Assembly: GCA_043228905.1 (NCBI GenBank)
Contig: JBHGNT010000012.1
Location: 11,036,001-11,100,000, forward strand
Origin: Azolla caroliniana
Taxonomy: Eukaryota; Plantae; Polypodiophyta
Reading direction: 5' to 3'
DNA length: 64,000 bases
Part shown: in pieces, positions 1 to 13,267 of the stretch
How positions within the stretch are numbered: position 1 is the first letter of the stretch
Layout of the letters: each line of letters begins with the position of its first letter
Program-made: the position numbers and the translations under genes
The notes under the pieces: generated by a model
The model's database searches: none
Told to the model about the DNA's origin: nothing
What the model saw: the letters and a program-made list of their open reading frames with translations, nothing else

Positions 1-760
1 GCACATTTTCACTAGTGCTAGTTATACAAAAGTAATACTGTAACTTGAATAATAATTTTCCAGGGAACAACTCCCAAAAGTAATACCCTGATTTTTAATT
101 TATTTCCAAAATGCCCCTGAAGCGTTGTTGAATTCGTCAAATACCCAGTCAACACCCAAAAGAGAGAAAAAGGGGACAGATTAACCATATAATTACAACT
201 AGCACATGTAAGCGAGAAAGATGCAATGAAATGACCATATAATTGCTCAAGAAAAGTTCAACTGGGCATTTGGGGAAGTAACTGAAACGTAGAGGTATTT
301 TGGGAAATATTATTTCGTATTTTTTCCCTAATTCAATTACTCACAGTTCCAACAATACCAATGGTAATTCATCTTGAGTATTAACACATTGGAATTCTTG
401 TCACTGTGATTAGTTTGTGGAGATTCTATGTGCAAGTAACTAGTATTGGGGTTTATGCAAATATCCAAAAATATTCATTAATAACTGCAATGATACGAAT
501 AATAATCTCAATATCCCCAACAAATACCAACTGTAACTCATCTGTGTATCAACATGGATTGCCTATTGACTTTATTGGAATTATGATTTATTTGTGTGGG
601 ATCGAGCTGGGATGCGATGGTCATTACTGCAGTCACTTTTCATGTTTAAGTATCCAAAAAGCAGATCATAATTACAAATAATAGGAATTCCAACTGTAGC
701 AATGGTGGCTCATATTATTCTTGATGTACTTTTTACTATGTTATATTTTTTTGTCTTCAG

Positions 761-933
761 TGGAAGATGCCCTTGCTCATCCTTACCTAGCATCTATCCA
801 TGACGTGTCTAATGAGCCCATCTGTCCCAAACCCTTCAATTTCGATATTGAAGAAGATCGACTAACAGAGAATCAAATTCGAGATCTGATCTACCAGGAA
901 GCCTTGTATTTTAATCCAAAGTTCCGGCAATAA
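761..933 (+). CDS. Terminal exon of a group-A MAP kinase (MPK3/MPK6-like); upstream exons lie outside the window
   Basis: Acceptor ttgtcttcag at 751-760, then (V)EDALAHPYLASIHDVSNEPICPKPFNFDIEEDRLTENQIRDLIYQEALYFNPKFRQ*. This matches the plant MAPK C-terminus with the common docking (LHDxxDEP-like) motif. Confidence 0.9.
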
Positions 934-1315
934 TGCAAGCTCATTGTAAAAGAATGACCATTATTTTTACATACTACGATATATTACTAGATTTTGCGTT
1001 GGTTTTTCAGTTTTTTTTTCAATAGAATTGATGAAAATATTTGTATCATTATTTTTATGTGATTTACACTCATTCTTATCTAGGTTTGAAATTGTCTAGT
1101 TTGTTTGTTATATTCTATGATGGGGGTTCTAAGTGTTGAGTCAATATTCTGTTGAGCTTTAATAATCTACATTTTTGCATTTAAAAAGTATTTAGGTAGA
1201 TATCAAGCTTCTGATTATAAGTGGGGTGTGATTTTCAATCTTGTTATTGGTTATGTTGGGTTCTACAATCTGTGTCATAGTTTTTAGCAAAAGGAGGTTC
1301 AGTCAGGACAAGCTT

Positions 1316-1795
1316 TGTACTACACACCAGATTATGCTGCTATAGAAGAAAGCATGGTTACCAATCCTGAAATTTCCCCTCTAGCCAGAAGTGATGGAGA
1401 ACAAAAGAATGTTATCAATGTGTTGGAAAAGACATGGGGACAGCGCCCAAGATTAAGAATCCCAACCAGAGGAGATTTTGATGCATAATTCCTTACCGTC
1501 TGCGTTTTGATGATTGGTTGTTCTGTTAGTGACTATGGCCAACAAAATGTATATGCTACTGTACACCACAATATGTTGATATAGAAGAAGGCATAGTTAC
1601 CACTTCTGAAATTTCCCCTTAAGCCAGAAGTGACATGGAGAACCAAAGAATATTATCAATTTGTTTTTGAAAGGACTTGGTGCCCAAGATTAAGAGTTCC
1701 AACCAGAGGAGATTTTCATGAATAATTCCTTCAGCTGTCTTCATTTTGATGATTGTTTCTTTTGTTAGTGAGTGTGGCCAACAAAAACTATATGT
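1316..1795. repeat. Diverged ~240-bp direct tandem duplication downstream of the MAPK
   Basis: 1316-1556 and 1557-1795 share blocks such as tatagaagaa, tgaaatttcccct, agccagaagtga, gcccaagattaaga, ccaaccagaggagatttt and tggccaacaaaa. Confidence 0.85.
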
Positions 1796-2888
1796 AGCAG
1801 TTTCTTTGATGGTAATTGAAACTCAACTGAGATTGCATAGGTGTGCCTGAAGGGAAATCATGCTCCTATTTATTCCCAAACTGTAATTTGGTGAGATATA
1901 TGCTGCACAAATTTTGCCATGCCAAAAAGGTACTAGTGTCGTGTACATCAAGAATCATTGAACCATAAGAAGAATTGTACCTCGGTTAATGTAGAAAGCG
2001 TGTTATTATTTTATAGAAAGGCAGTGGGGGACACTTTAGATAAAATAAAGAAGTATTTCACAACTTGCATTGCCAACAGAAAGGTTTGTGTATCTAGATT
2101 AGTGTTGAAAGAGTTCTAATCTTTTATCAAAAGGCAGTGAAAATCTTAAGATGAAATAAAGAAGTATTTACATTTACATGCATATTGGAATATTCATCTC
2201 TTATCCTACAAGAGAGCATATGTTGAGCTATTATTTCATTTTTATAGATATTAAAAGAACTGCAGTTGCAACTACATTAGACATTCACATCTCTATTATG
2301 TATAAAACATAAGGTGATAAAAAAGCAGAAAAGAAAAAATTGCGTCAATGAATCTAGGCCCATTCATTCAATACATATGACAGGTAGCAAAATGTATAGA
2401 ATTCTTTGAATTGCAAAGGAAAAACGTAGTAACAATGATATCATACATGCAATATAAAATTTTGTTTGGTGTATATACACCTCACATGTAAGTTGTAACA
2501 AGGAGTCAGTCTATCATCTTATAATGAGCAAATTCCATCGTTCATACCTTGTGGAAAACTATGCACATGAAGGGTTAGGAGACTTGGTTCTTTTGTTTGG
2601 TCTTTAATGAGTATACAAATGTTAGTATGCTCATTACTAGCAACACCACCAATGCCATTGATGCGTTTGAGGTCATTGGTAGATTCTTGACTCTGAATAC
2701 TCCTATAATGATACATATATAAAGACCATTGCAAAGTGGAATAGCTTTCGCACCATAAAACACGATCCTTGGAATGATTTTTTCATTACTAACTGGTGCC
2801 GAAGAAAGAAGAAAAAGCTGAATTTCATGTGTACCAAGTCCTCCCAATGAATAAACACATCGAAAGCTAACAAGGATATTTACCGCCT

Positions 2889-5800
2889 TTACAACCCTAC
2901 CCACTTGAACCATCGGAAACATCGTCCAAATCCAAGAGGAAGACCATAATCCATGGCCACAGCAGGTTCATCCCTTGCACCTTTCGGATTTAACCACACA
3001 TAGACACCCCTTTCTTGCTTACTCCCAGGCACTGTATTGTCAAGGACAAATGCCACAATGAATGCTATCACCATATTCATGGACAGAAGTGTGTTCAGTA
3101 TAAAATTCAGCTGCATAAAGAAATAGAGCCATGGTTAGATGAAGATTTGTGCAAAACAAAATATATGTCCAGGTGTATGTATAAAATATATATCTATATA
3201 TGTATTTATATAGTCCATGTCCAAGCACACATGTACATGCATATATATATATATGTACATGGATACGGATAGGAATGCATGCCTATGTGTACAAAAAATG
3301 CATGTGCATGTCCCTGTGACTATGTCTGTGTACCTGAAGATAGATATAATAACTGACCAGTCGTTACCATTGTTTTTCTTGTGTTTTCACCTCAGAATGT
3401 GGTCTCCCATTAATAATATTAACGTTTATGTGTATATTAGTAAACACCAACTCATCATTCATTATAAAACAATTTATTTCTTGAGATTTCAGTACAATGT
3501 AGTCTCCCTAATAATATTAGTATCATAAAAACAAAAAAATGTGTATGTGTTCATGTATGTACAGAGAGGGCATATGCATGTGGACATGTATGAATATAGA
3601 TTGTGCATGTGCATGTGTATGTGATGATTAGGTATCAGCACCGATACGGTTTGAACCAAACTGCAGCTCCTTAGCTTAACCACTGGTTCCGTTCAGTTCA
3701 ATTTAGAAATCTATAACCGGTTTGGTTTGAGGGTTAAAGAGTTTGGTTTGAGCCTTTATCAGCTTAATGGTATAATGGCTTAACAGCTTAATGGTTTAAC
3801 AACTTATATGACTTAACAGTTCATGGGAACATTTTTGAAATATTTATAAAATAACTTTATAAATTTTGGGATAAGTAATATTGATGTGAAGTTTTAACTT
3901 TGAACGTGAATAATTCGTTGAAGTTTAGTTTTCTTTCTTGAAAAGTCAAAAACTAAGTGTGCATCTGCCAATAATTTGAATTGAGCCGCAACCAAACCAT
4001 GGAACCATGGCTTAAAGGTTTGTAGATCTCTTGAACTATTTGGTTTGAGCTTGAAAATTCCTCAAACAGTTCGGTTTGAACAGTTTCAGTTTAAATGGTT
4101 TTGGTTTAAAATTTTCATGGTTCGGTTAAGTTTGAAAAGTTTTAAATGGTTTGAGTCTGAGACTCCCACTCCCAAACTGTTGCCGATTACTAATGATAAT
4201 GATATTTATTTCAACTCATTCAGATTTCTCACCAACCAATAGCATTTATATAGGTATACATATACATATACATATATATGTGCAAATAAAATGTCTTTTT
4301 TGTAGATTCTCACCTTCACATTAAGATTTGACACAAAAAAAATGTATAGCATAGAAAGAGTTACGTGTGTTTGTGTGTATATATATGAACCTTATGATTT
4401 TTGACAAAATTATACTCACCCCCAAAGAACTCGTATTAAATGGCCCATGAGATGCAACAACGTAAGGCTGGAGATAGCTTGATGTGGTGGCTACAAAGTC
4501 AGGGCTCACACCATAATCCTCAAAGAATGTGGGAATCGACAAAGAGAAGAACAACGCGAGCCCCACAATGACAACATTCCGGGAGCTTCCAGTCTCACTG
4601 TAGCGAAGATTTGAAAGACCTAAAGCTGCTAACATTGCCCACATTACACATAGCAGCCCAGCAACAATGACTTGTGGAATGGAAGCAATAAATGCACCCA
4701 CTTTACCTGTATAGAAATAAATAAAACATGTCTCTTCTTTTTCTCCATACAATGTAATGTTTGGTACTATGTACAATACAGATTCCAGAAAAACAACATC
4801 TAAAATGTTTCTACCACCAAAATAAGTCCTCAGAACAAAACCAAATAACTTTATATATAAGACATGGGAAGTTTTGGACCTCTAATATTTCTCATATGCA
4901 TCCTAAAACGTCTCACTATCCAAAGACAAGAAAAGGTAAAACCTGTGAATGTGATTTGTTGGTTTCTTTAAAGAATCAATTTGCATAAAAATGTGTAATA
5001 CCAATGAAGGAGAGGAGAATAAGCATGCAAGCCCCAAACTCCACAGCTCGTCGGCTTCCCATCTTTGTTACGGCAATGGTGTGTACATTTTCTGTGAGGG
5101 TGGTGCACCCCGTGCCGATGCCCCAAAGACTAGCTATGGCACTGGTGATACCTTCCATTCCAATTCCCCTGCTAACCACACCAGGTGTAGGGGCTCCTGA
5201 TGCTACTAATAAGGATGATGCATGATATGTTCCCACCTGCACAAGAACAGAATATGCTTAAACAAATGTGACAAGAATTTGTGCTGTAGCTTTAGGGAAA
5301 GTTCAAGTGGTAAAAGTTTTCGTGCTGTGAAAGCTCATCCTTTTTTTTGCAATAGTAGTGTTCCAAAACCATAACCATTCTCATGGCAATACACTTACAG
5401 AGTCCACTGATGCTATGATGGATACAACGATCATAACAATTGATGATTTATAGTGAAATGTTGGTGCTCCCCATTGTAGAGGATATGGAAATCTAATCCA
5501 TGCAGTTGTCTTGAATGCATCGGATGTATCGGTACGACAATGCTTCATCGTAAACACATGTTTTTGGCAGCTCTCAGATGAGATATTTGATGAAGGAATG
5601 CTAAAATCACATCCTGTATAATTATAGTTTCCGATTTCTGTAAGTATGAATGCATATGCCCATGTGATTGCGAGGCCTAGTGGAACCTATAGAAAACAGA
5701 AACAAATGATATATGGTAGTCTCCAAAAAATGGCATAGACAAGGATCACAAGCAATAAATAAATATGTATCTTACCGCATAAACTTGAAAAATCCGATGA

Positions 5801-8485
5801 CCCATGATTGAGATCTTTCTCAAATACTGTGTCAGTAACAGTTTTTACAAGACAGAAACATCTTATAAGGAGATGAAATCATACTTAAATATGATCAATC
5901 TTCTTGCAAACAAAGTTCTTGGTCAGTTATTACAGCGAGAGGAGGATATACTAACCAATGCAAAAAATATAATTATCACAATCTGTGGAACACCGATTTC
6001 AATGCATGTACCCACAACAGGGAAGCCATACGTAAAGAATGAAAGCCCGATTGCTGCCACAGTTGGTGCAACAACCACTGGATTAATTAACCTGCGAACG
6101 AGAATCTACTAAGTCATTGTTAATTTCCAAAGTGAAAGTCTTATCTAAAATTAATAATAATAATATTCTATATTTAAACTGAGAACTTGTTGTAGAAACC
6201 TTAGAAGCACTGCCATTAATCCTGAGTAGCCCAAGAACATTTGAAAGATCGATGCTACAAGTATGCATCCTTGAAGTTCTCTCATTGTCTCTTTAAATCT
6301 CTATGAGCCTCAAGAAGAAGAGTGTAAAAACTTCAATGAAATCCACACAAATTTTTCAAATGGTATGAGCAAAACAGAAGATGTAATATGTATGTGTGAC
6401 CTTACATTGCTACCTATACTTGTAAAATCTGATGAATTGATGATGGCAAGGGCAGGTGCCAGATAAACAAAGGAAGCACCTTGTATAAGAGGCAATCTTG
6501 AACCAAAAGATGAATGCAGAAGGGTTGAGATGCCAGAGACAAATAATACCGTGGACACTACATAAGCAGTATCTTTCTGCAAAGAGATATATAACCAGTG
6601 CCACTGCTTAGAATTGCATGTTGTGAATTCTAACCTAGCTATTTCACACCTATGCCAGCAGAGTTGTTGCCACTTACATCATCTCCACCCATGGCTGGGA
6701 CAATCACTAGCGGGATCAAAACAAGAGAACCAATGATGGAAACAAACTGCTGAATTCCATAAACAACAAGGGAACCTGCATCAAATCTCGACAACGTCAT
6801 GCCATAGACATTATGGATGATTTTGTAGAAAACAAGATATTACATTCTAAAGCATCATATGAGAGAAATTTTAGATACTCTCTATCAGTTTGACCTTACT
6901 AAGAACTGCTATGTTTCTTTACATTTGTGAATAAGCTTAAGCTTCATGGGTCATTTTGGCCTTTTGTGGATGATAATATTACTTTCCTTCTTATAGATTC
7001 GTTAGCTTGCCTTATTCAAATCCTTCAATTTAATAGATAAACTTGATCATGTAGAGTAAAGCCAACCTTCAAGGTTGATGGTTAAAAGTTGGAGAAATGG
7101 GCCTGATATTGCATTCATAGGATTCTTGGAAATCATGTCAAATTTGACAGATTGCTATTAAAAAATAGAATTACAAATTCACTTAAATTTCTAGTTTGAG
7201 ATCATGTCAGGTGAAATCTTTCATATTTTTAATTAGAGATAATAGTTTTGTAAGTTCATTTTCAACAACAAAAGGTTTATAAAGAATTGCATTGCCTTAT
7301 AAATGCAAATAAAGAAGTGGCAAATGATAGCATTATCTTACCGATGCTAGCAAAAGAAAGAAGTATGGGTATAAACACCACACATACCCCAAACTGACGC
7401 AAGCTCAAAAATGATGGCATTGCCGTATGAAAGGAAATTCAAACAAAAATATATGCACACAACATTCAGAAACACATACATTGCCTTACTTATAATAGGA
7501 TAAAATTTCTAATGAAAGAAAGAGTCCTATGCGTACATTAGTGTATACACATACCTACATTTCCTTCTAAAAGGAAATTTGTAAACATAAAGAGGATGCG
7601 TATGTAAATAAATTTGACTTACAAAAAAGAGATTCTAGCTAAAAAAGCGTTAGTATGTCTGCATACATACAGCATCTTCTAAAATGAAAATCTAACAAAA
7701 AGAAGTAGTCTACATACATACACTACCTTATAAAAGGAAATGCTAACAAAAATAAGCAGTAGAATGTATACATGTATGCATTACCTGAAAAAACTAACTG
7801 CTATAAAAATAAAATAAAAAATAAAAACTATATGCCTACCTGCATATGTCTCGTAGGTACATACATACATGCCATATAGACAGACAGTACACATATACAT
7901 ACCATATCGAGGAGTCTCGCGAATCTCATACTTGATGTGGGAATGCTTGGCCAGGTGATCATCATCTGAATCTTGGGACAACGAAGTGGCATCCACATCT
8001 GAAGAGTCCTTAACTCTTTTGATGGGCTCAATTCGGATTGCTGGATGCCCACTGCTATTTTCTACAATATTACTAGTATCATTATCAATATTGGTATTGC
8101 TACCATGATTGGTGGTGTAACCACCAGTACTAGTATTTTTATTATTGCCCTCTTTTTTAACCCCTTTCCCTGAACTTCTTGGAGAAGGAACTTGATGAGG
8201 AGCAGTAGGAGGCTTTAAGAGACTCTCTGGAGGTTTCGCCATTTTCTCTTTACCATTTTGCTCCCTTTTAGTGTTAGGGTGAGGATTTCCTATTAAATCT
8301 GGAGGTTCTGATACTTTTGTCTGAGCTGCCATTCCTGTTGAACCCATCTCTAAATCTTTGGATTCTGTATCACTGATGCTCTCCCCAGACAAATTACTCT
8401 TGAACCCAGTCCGTTTAGCCCAAGTTCCTCTAGTTGTTAGTCCAGGATTATGAGTGGAGTCAGAAGGAGAAGACGAAGGATCCAT
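2889..8485 (-). CDS. NAT12: Nucleobase-ascorbate transporter, NAT11/NAT12 clade, 10 exons, ~723 aa
   Basis: Exons 8485-7903, 6775-6678, 6576-6406, 6300-6200, 6091-5956, 5826-5776, 5686-5399, 5236-5002, 4706-4420 and 3110-2889. All introns are GT-AG and phase-consistent (2172 nt total). Motifs: WAKRTGF in a long hydrophilic N-terminus, FGSRLPLIQG, PYPLQWGAP, NAT signature ENVHTIAVTKMGSRR, LDNTVPGS. NAT11 vs NAT12 orthology cannot be resolved by eye. Confidence 0.95.
3629..4192. mobile_element. Old hAT-type MITE in the last NAT intron
   Basis: Degenerate TIRs taggtatcagcaccg ... ctgttgccgattacta. Degenerate 8-bp TSD gtgatgat/atgataat. Internal cggtt/aaccg motifs match the 9959-10469 copy. Confidence 0.65.
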
Positions 8486-8494
8486 ATCCCAAGG

Positions 8495-8865
8495 AAGAGA
8501 AGAAGAAGAAGAAGAAGACGGAGACTAAAACACTCTGCTTTCCTCTATGTTACTAACGTTGTGAGAGAGAGAGAGAGACAGAGAGACAGAGACAGAGACA
8601 GAGACAGAAGGTGCTCGCTCTCTTTCTTAAAGAGTAGAAAGAAAGCTAAAGCTATAAGTATGTATGTATGTATGTATGTAAGTGAGAGTTATGATGATGA
8701 TAGAGAGAGAGACAGAGAGAGAAATGGGTATGTATGTATATGTATGTAATTTCTTCCAACTGCAATTCTTCTTCTTGGACAATGAATGAATGAATACATA
8801 CCAAAACCAAAACAAAACCAAAAAAACAAAGAAAGGGAGGAAGGAAGGAGACTCTCTCACTCCAC

Positions 8866-8897
<32 letters not shown>
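8495..8897. repeat. Microsatellite cluster (AAG)n, (GA)n/(GAGACA)n, (TATG)n, (CT)n in the NAT 5' region
   Basis: Directly visible at ~8497-8517, 8562-8608, 8658-8680 and 8870-8897. Confidence 0.9.
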
Positions 8898-8901
<4 letters not shown>

Positions 8902-9958
8902 CTTGTTGTTGTGTCGAGTAACTATGTACATACATATGTAGTTAAAAAAGGATAAAAACAAAAAACAAAAGAAACTTCCTCTTTGAAAATAAAAACTGAC
9001 TAAACCAAACCTTTTAATTCCCCTGCCTCCCGAGCCCTTCCCTTCTCTTGGATGGGATGGGATGGGATGCTCATGCTCATGCTCATGACTCATGGACCCT
9101 TCTCTCCTCTTCTCCCGCTATTCTATTCTATTCGTAGTCAGCCAGCCCCCCATCACAATGGATCTTCCATCGACATTAAAAACATATCTATCTATCCTAC
9201 TCGTGACTATTTGCTACCAAATCATAAAGAAGTCTAGCTAGCGAGAGAATCACAATCACGGATGGTGCAAGGTACGTTTCGAATGGGCGCGTTGGATCTA
9301 CACTCTCAGATCATTATCCACAAAAGCACATGCGAACTGCACTGTCATATCATCATCCAAAAAAGTGCATGCCACCCGACTTTCATCAACCTATGTCACT
9401 AATAACCCTGCTTTGCCCCTTGCAGTGTCACGACTAACCCGACTTTGTCCAACCTTTGTCAAGGCTAACTCAACTAGCACAGGTAAATTTTCTGTTGAGA
9501 TAAAAAAGTTCCTCTAAGATGATAGATAATAAATAAATAAATAAAATGTAAAACATATTCAAAGATCAAATTCTTTGAGTTATAAATATAAAAACTACAA
9601 TACTCACCAAAAACTTGGGCCATCCATCATAAACAAGGAGTCACTGATCATTCCCAAACGCCATTCTCAGATTTCAACCACAATAATTAAATTTTGAGCA
9701 CCAACTCCTTTCTTGAAGATATTCGAAACTTTAAATGAAATAAAAGTTAAGCCAAGAAAATCAACAAAGATCACACATATTTTGCAAAACCATTATAATC
9801 ACCGAACCTTTTGAGATTTTGGAGACACAACAAATTTTAGCTACATTGAAAATTTCAAAACCAAATTTTTCTTTGAAGATACGAGAAACTTCAACTTACA
9901 CAAATTTCAAAGTTCACACTATTTGGCATAACCATAAACACCTAACCTTGATTGATTT

Positions 9959-10469
9959 TAACAATCGGCAACGATTCGGTTTGAACCGAACCGAACCGCG
10001 AAACCGCGGTTTAACGGCTTAACGGTTTCAACAGTTCAGTTCAGGGTTAGGTTTTTTTTAACGGTTCGGTTCGGTTTCGATTTAGTTTAATGGTTTAACA
10101 ATTTTTATTTATTTACTTTTTTATTTATATTTATTTATTTTAAAATTTTAAAATTTTAAAAAATAATTCTAAAACAATTTAAAAATTGTTTTTAAACAAT
10201 CTTTTCATTTTTACACCTTATTCTCAAATTTTAGGAATATCTTAAAATTTTTAAAAAGTCTAAATAATGAAATTTTATAAATTTTAAAAAATAAAAAATT
10301 TGACCTATGTTGAAAACCGAAACCGAACCATGAAACTGCGGTTTTTATAGTTTAATGGTTTAACGGTTTGAAAAATGTTTAACGGTTCGGTTTTGCGGTT
10401 TCACGGTTCGGTTCCAAACCGATTCGGTTTGAACCCTCTCGAACCGAACCAAACCGTTGCTGATTGTTA
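9959..10469. mobile_element. hAT-superfamily MITE upstream of NAT
   Basis: 15-bp TIR taacaatcggcaacg / cgttgctgattgtta (1 mismatch). 8-bp TSD attgattt (9951-9958) / atcgattt (10470-10477). Subterminal aaccg/cggtt repeats and an AT-rich core. Confidence 0.85.
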
Positions 10470-11206
10470 ATCGATTTCAAAGACCCAAGAAATTCTAGCC
10501 ACCAATGGTAATGACCCACATAGGGATGACATGTCTCTCAATGGTTATTTGAATCCCGAGTAAATGCTTATGTTTGCTTGCAAGGTCTTGACAATCACAA
10601 TAAGAGCATTGGAGGGAGATATTGTACCATACACTGAGAGTGGTCATGCTCAATATTCTAAACCAATATCGGGTCTCATCCACAATATGCATTGTGTTGT
10701 TATTAGTCACATACCTTTTTAGTATCCTCTAGGCGTCTTTAAATTTTTAGCTTTGATCCTCACAAATTTTATGGGGTGCGAATATACCACTCACATCTTT
10801 CTTGCCTTTGCATTTACCCAATGCAAGTGTGTATGTTTCACTGTCCTTGATTAAGACATGCAAAAGATCGGTAATAGAATGGTTTATTCTTCCTCTCGGA
10901 GCAGTGTGTATGTACTTGATAAATTATTGCCAAATGTCTATCTCTCAACAAGATTGGTAGTGTTGACATGTCTGTAGTTGAATAATCTACCAAACTTGGG
11001 CAATAGATACCTCCAAACACAAAGTTAGTCCACACCATCCTCCTCCTTCTATATATGTACATACATATTGCCAAACTCCATATTATTATTATTAAGTTTA
11101 TGTACTTTTATTATTGTTATTTTCTTACTTTTACCAATATTTATTAATAATAATATTTTAATTAAATAAACATTTATTTACTATAATTTTTTTAATACAT
11201 ACATAT

Positions 11207-12257
11207 TGTGGTGTGCATGTGTGCCTTTGTGCCACCCTTTTAGCACACCCTTTTTAGGATGCATGTACCTAAGCCGACCCACACTTTTAGCACACCCTTT
11301 TTTTAGCTAAGCCAACCCAAATGGGTAACCTTTTATCAACTATAAATTGAGTAAGAAGTAAGAAGCTAATTAGGCTGGTTTTGATCTCTTATGTGCATTC
11401 TCACATATTGGTGGAGATGCGGGGTACCAGTCCCCCACATCCAAGCATCCACTTCTTCCCCCTCACCTTAGTTTGCCCACTAACTTCTTCTCCCACAAGT
11501 TTCCACGATCCCCCTCCTACACGATAGGCCTCTTGTCCCCCACCTCAGCCAAGTCCAGGTGACCCTCAGTCCACAGGAGAAATTGCTCTTTCTCTGCCAA
11601 TTGACCTTTCCCCGATCCCCCTCCGACATGATAGCCCTCCTATCCCCCACGTTAGCCAAGTCAAGGTGGCCCTCAGTCTACAAGAGGAATTTATCTCTAT
11701 CCGCCAATTGTTAGCTCATTTTTCGTCACTAGCCCCATCCAACTATTATCTAATCATGGCCGCCAATTCCACGAGGATGTCCTCAACGTCGTTCCAGCTC
11801 AACTATGTGTCCAACAAGTGTTTACGTCCTCATACCATCCTTAGACCAATGGCCTCACCGAACGCCTCAACAAGACCCTCAAGCAGGAGGTTGTCGCACG
11901 AATCAACCCTTTTCGAGCACTCTATGGGCGTGATCCTCGCCTCCCACCAGAATCGTCCATTGACGTCCATTCCAAACCTGCAACATGCCACCCTAGGCCC
12001 ATCTTCTGATCCCCATCCTTTCCCCATGTTGTAAACCTCCTTGTTTCTCTCTTGGGGGAAATGTGGTGTGGATGTGTGTCATTGTGTCATTGTTTTAGCA
12101 CATCCTTTTTAGGATGCATGTACCTAAGCCGACCCACCCTTTTAGCACACCCTTTTTAGCTAAGCCAACCCAAATGGGTACCTTTGTATCAACTATAAAT
12201 TGAGTAAGAAGTAAGAAGCTAACTAGGCAGGTTTTGATCTCTTATGTGCATTTCACA
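11207..12257 (+). mobile_element. TRIM-like non-autonomous Gypsy derivative (~1.05 kb) with tRNA-Ala PBS
   Basis: LTRs 11207-11405 and 12062-12257 (TG...CA). PBS tggtggagatgcggggta at 11409-11426. PPT gggggaaa before the 3' LTR. Flanking atat/atat. Integrase remnant LLSNHGRQF...TSSYHP*TNGLTERLNKTLKQ...NPFRALYGRDPRLP at ~11740-11945. Confidence 0.85.
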
Positions 12258-13267
12258 ATATATTACTAAATGAATAAGATAGTATCTATGTAAATTTAGT
12301 AATAATAATCTAGTTGTCCAACAGTGAGTGAGTGAGCAGTGACTGATGACGACGACTAGCAACATATGTAGTGATGTGTGTTGGCGGCGGACACGACCAA
12401 TGCATACATAGTTGTAGTTGACAACGACAATTAGAAAGTATGTAATAGAGGAATAGAGGGATAATGGCCATAGTGTTGAGACCCATCATGTTGGAAACAG
12501 GCAATCAGAAGGATGGCCACGCTGCACCGCAAAGTGGGCAACGACAGTTGCAAGAGAGAGCCCCTTTGACTCGAAGCCTCAAAGTCAAAAAGGTTCATTC
12601 AAGGTTGAACAACCTCTTTTTGGGCGATGGTTGACGGCAATAGGCAGCTGCAACAGCAACCGAGCCGAGCCTTTCACTCGAAAACTCAAAGTTGAACCCT
12701 CGATATAACAGTGTGCATTCTAGTCGAAGCTTTGAATCTTCCACTTGAAGAAGGCTAAGGCAGCAACGCCTTGGACTTGTGGGTAGTAATCGAATCTATT
12801 TAGAGGCGAATGCTTGTTTTTATTTAATTTCGTTTTCAAATTGAATTTATTATTATTATTATTATTATTATTACTTGTTTAACCCTCTTGAGGCGGGGGA
12901 ATAAAAATGTTTATAAAATAAAAGTACCCCCTCCCTCATGGAGGCGGGTAGTTTCAGAAATTGCGTCTCGGCCTTGTCCTCGTGCGTCATCCGGTGGATG
13001 GGACGTTAGTTTCGGCTGGCATGACATGACGGGTTCGACTCTCGTCGCCCAAAACTTTATGAGTAGATTCAATTCCTTGCTTGATGGTCAAATTTGAGAT
13101 TCAAAAAAACTATTACTATCCTCGAAGCGAAGTCTTCGTGTTGACCAGATGAGTTTTCTAGTGAGACAGTTCAATAATTCATTATGGCACGTCGATTTCG
13201 TCAAATTCCCATAACTTTGTCTAACTCAAATTTCCATGTCAAAAATTCTTTATGGAAGTATAATACT

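Noticed and set aside
55-315. MITE-like inverted repeats in the MAPK intron
   Set aside because: Arms are too degenerate to fix boundaries or a TSD by eye.
2519-2922. ORFs overlapping the NAT 3' UTR
   Set aside because: No motif, AT-rich UTR sequence, and no splice support.
8450-9237. Short ORFs upstream of NAT
   Set aside because: Products of microsatellites with low-complexity translations.
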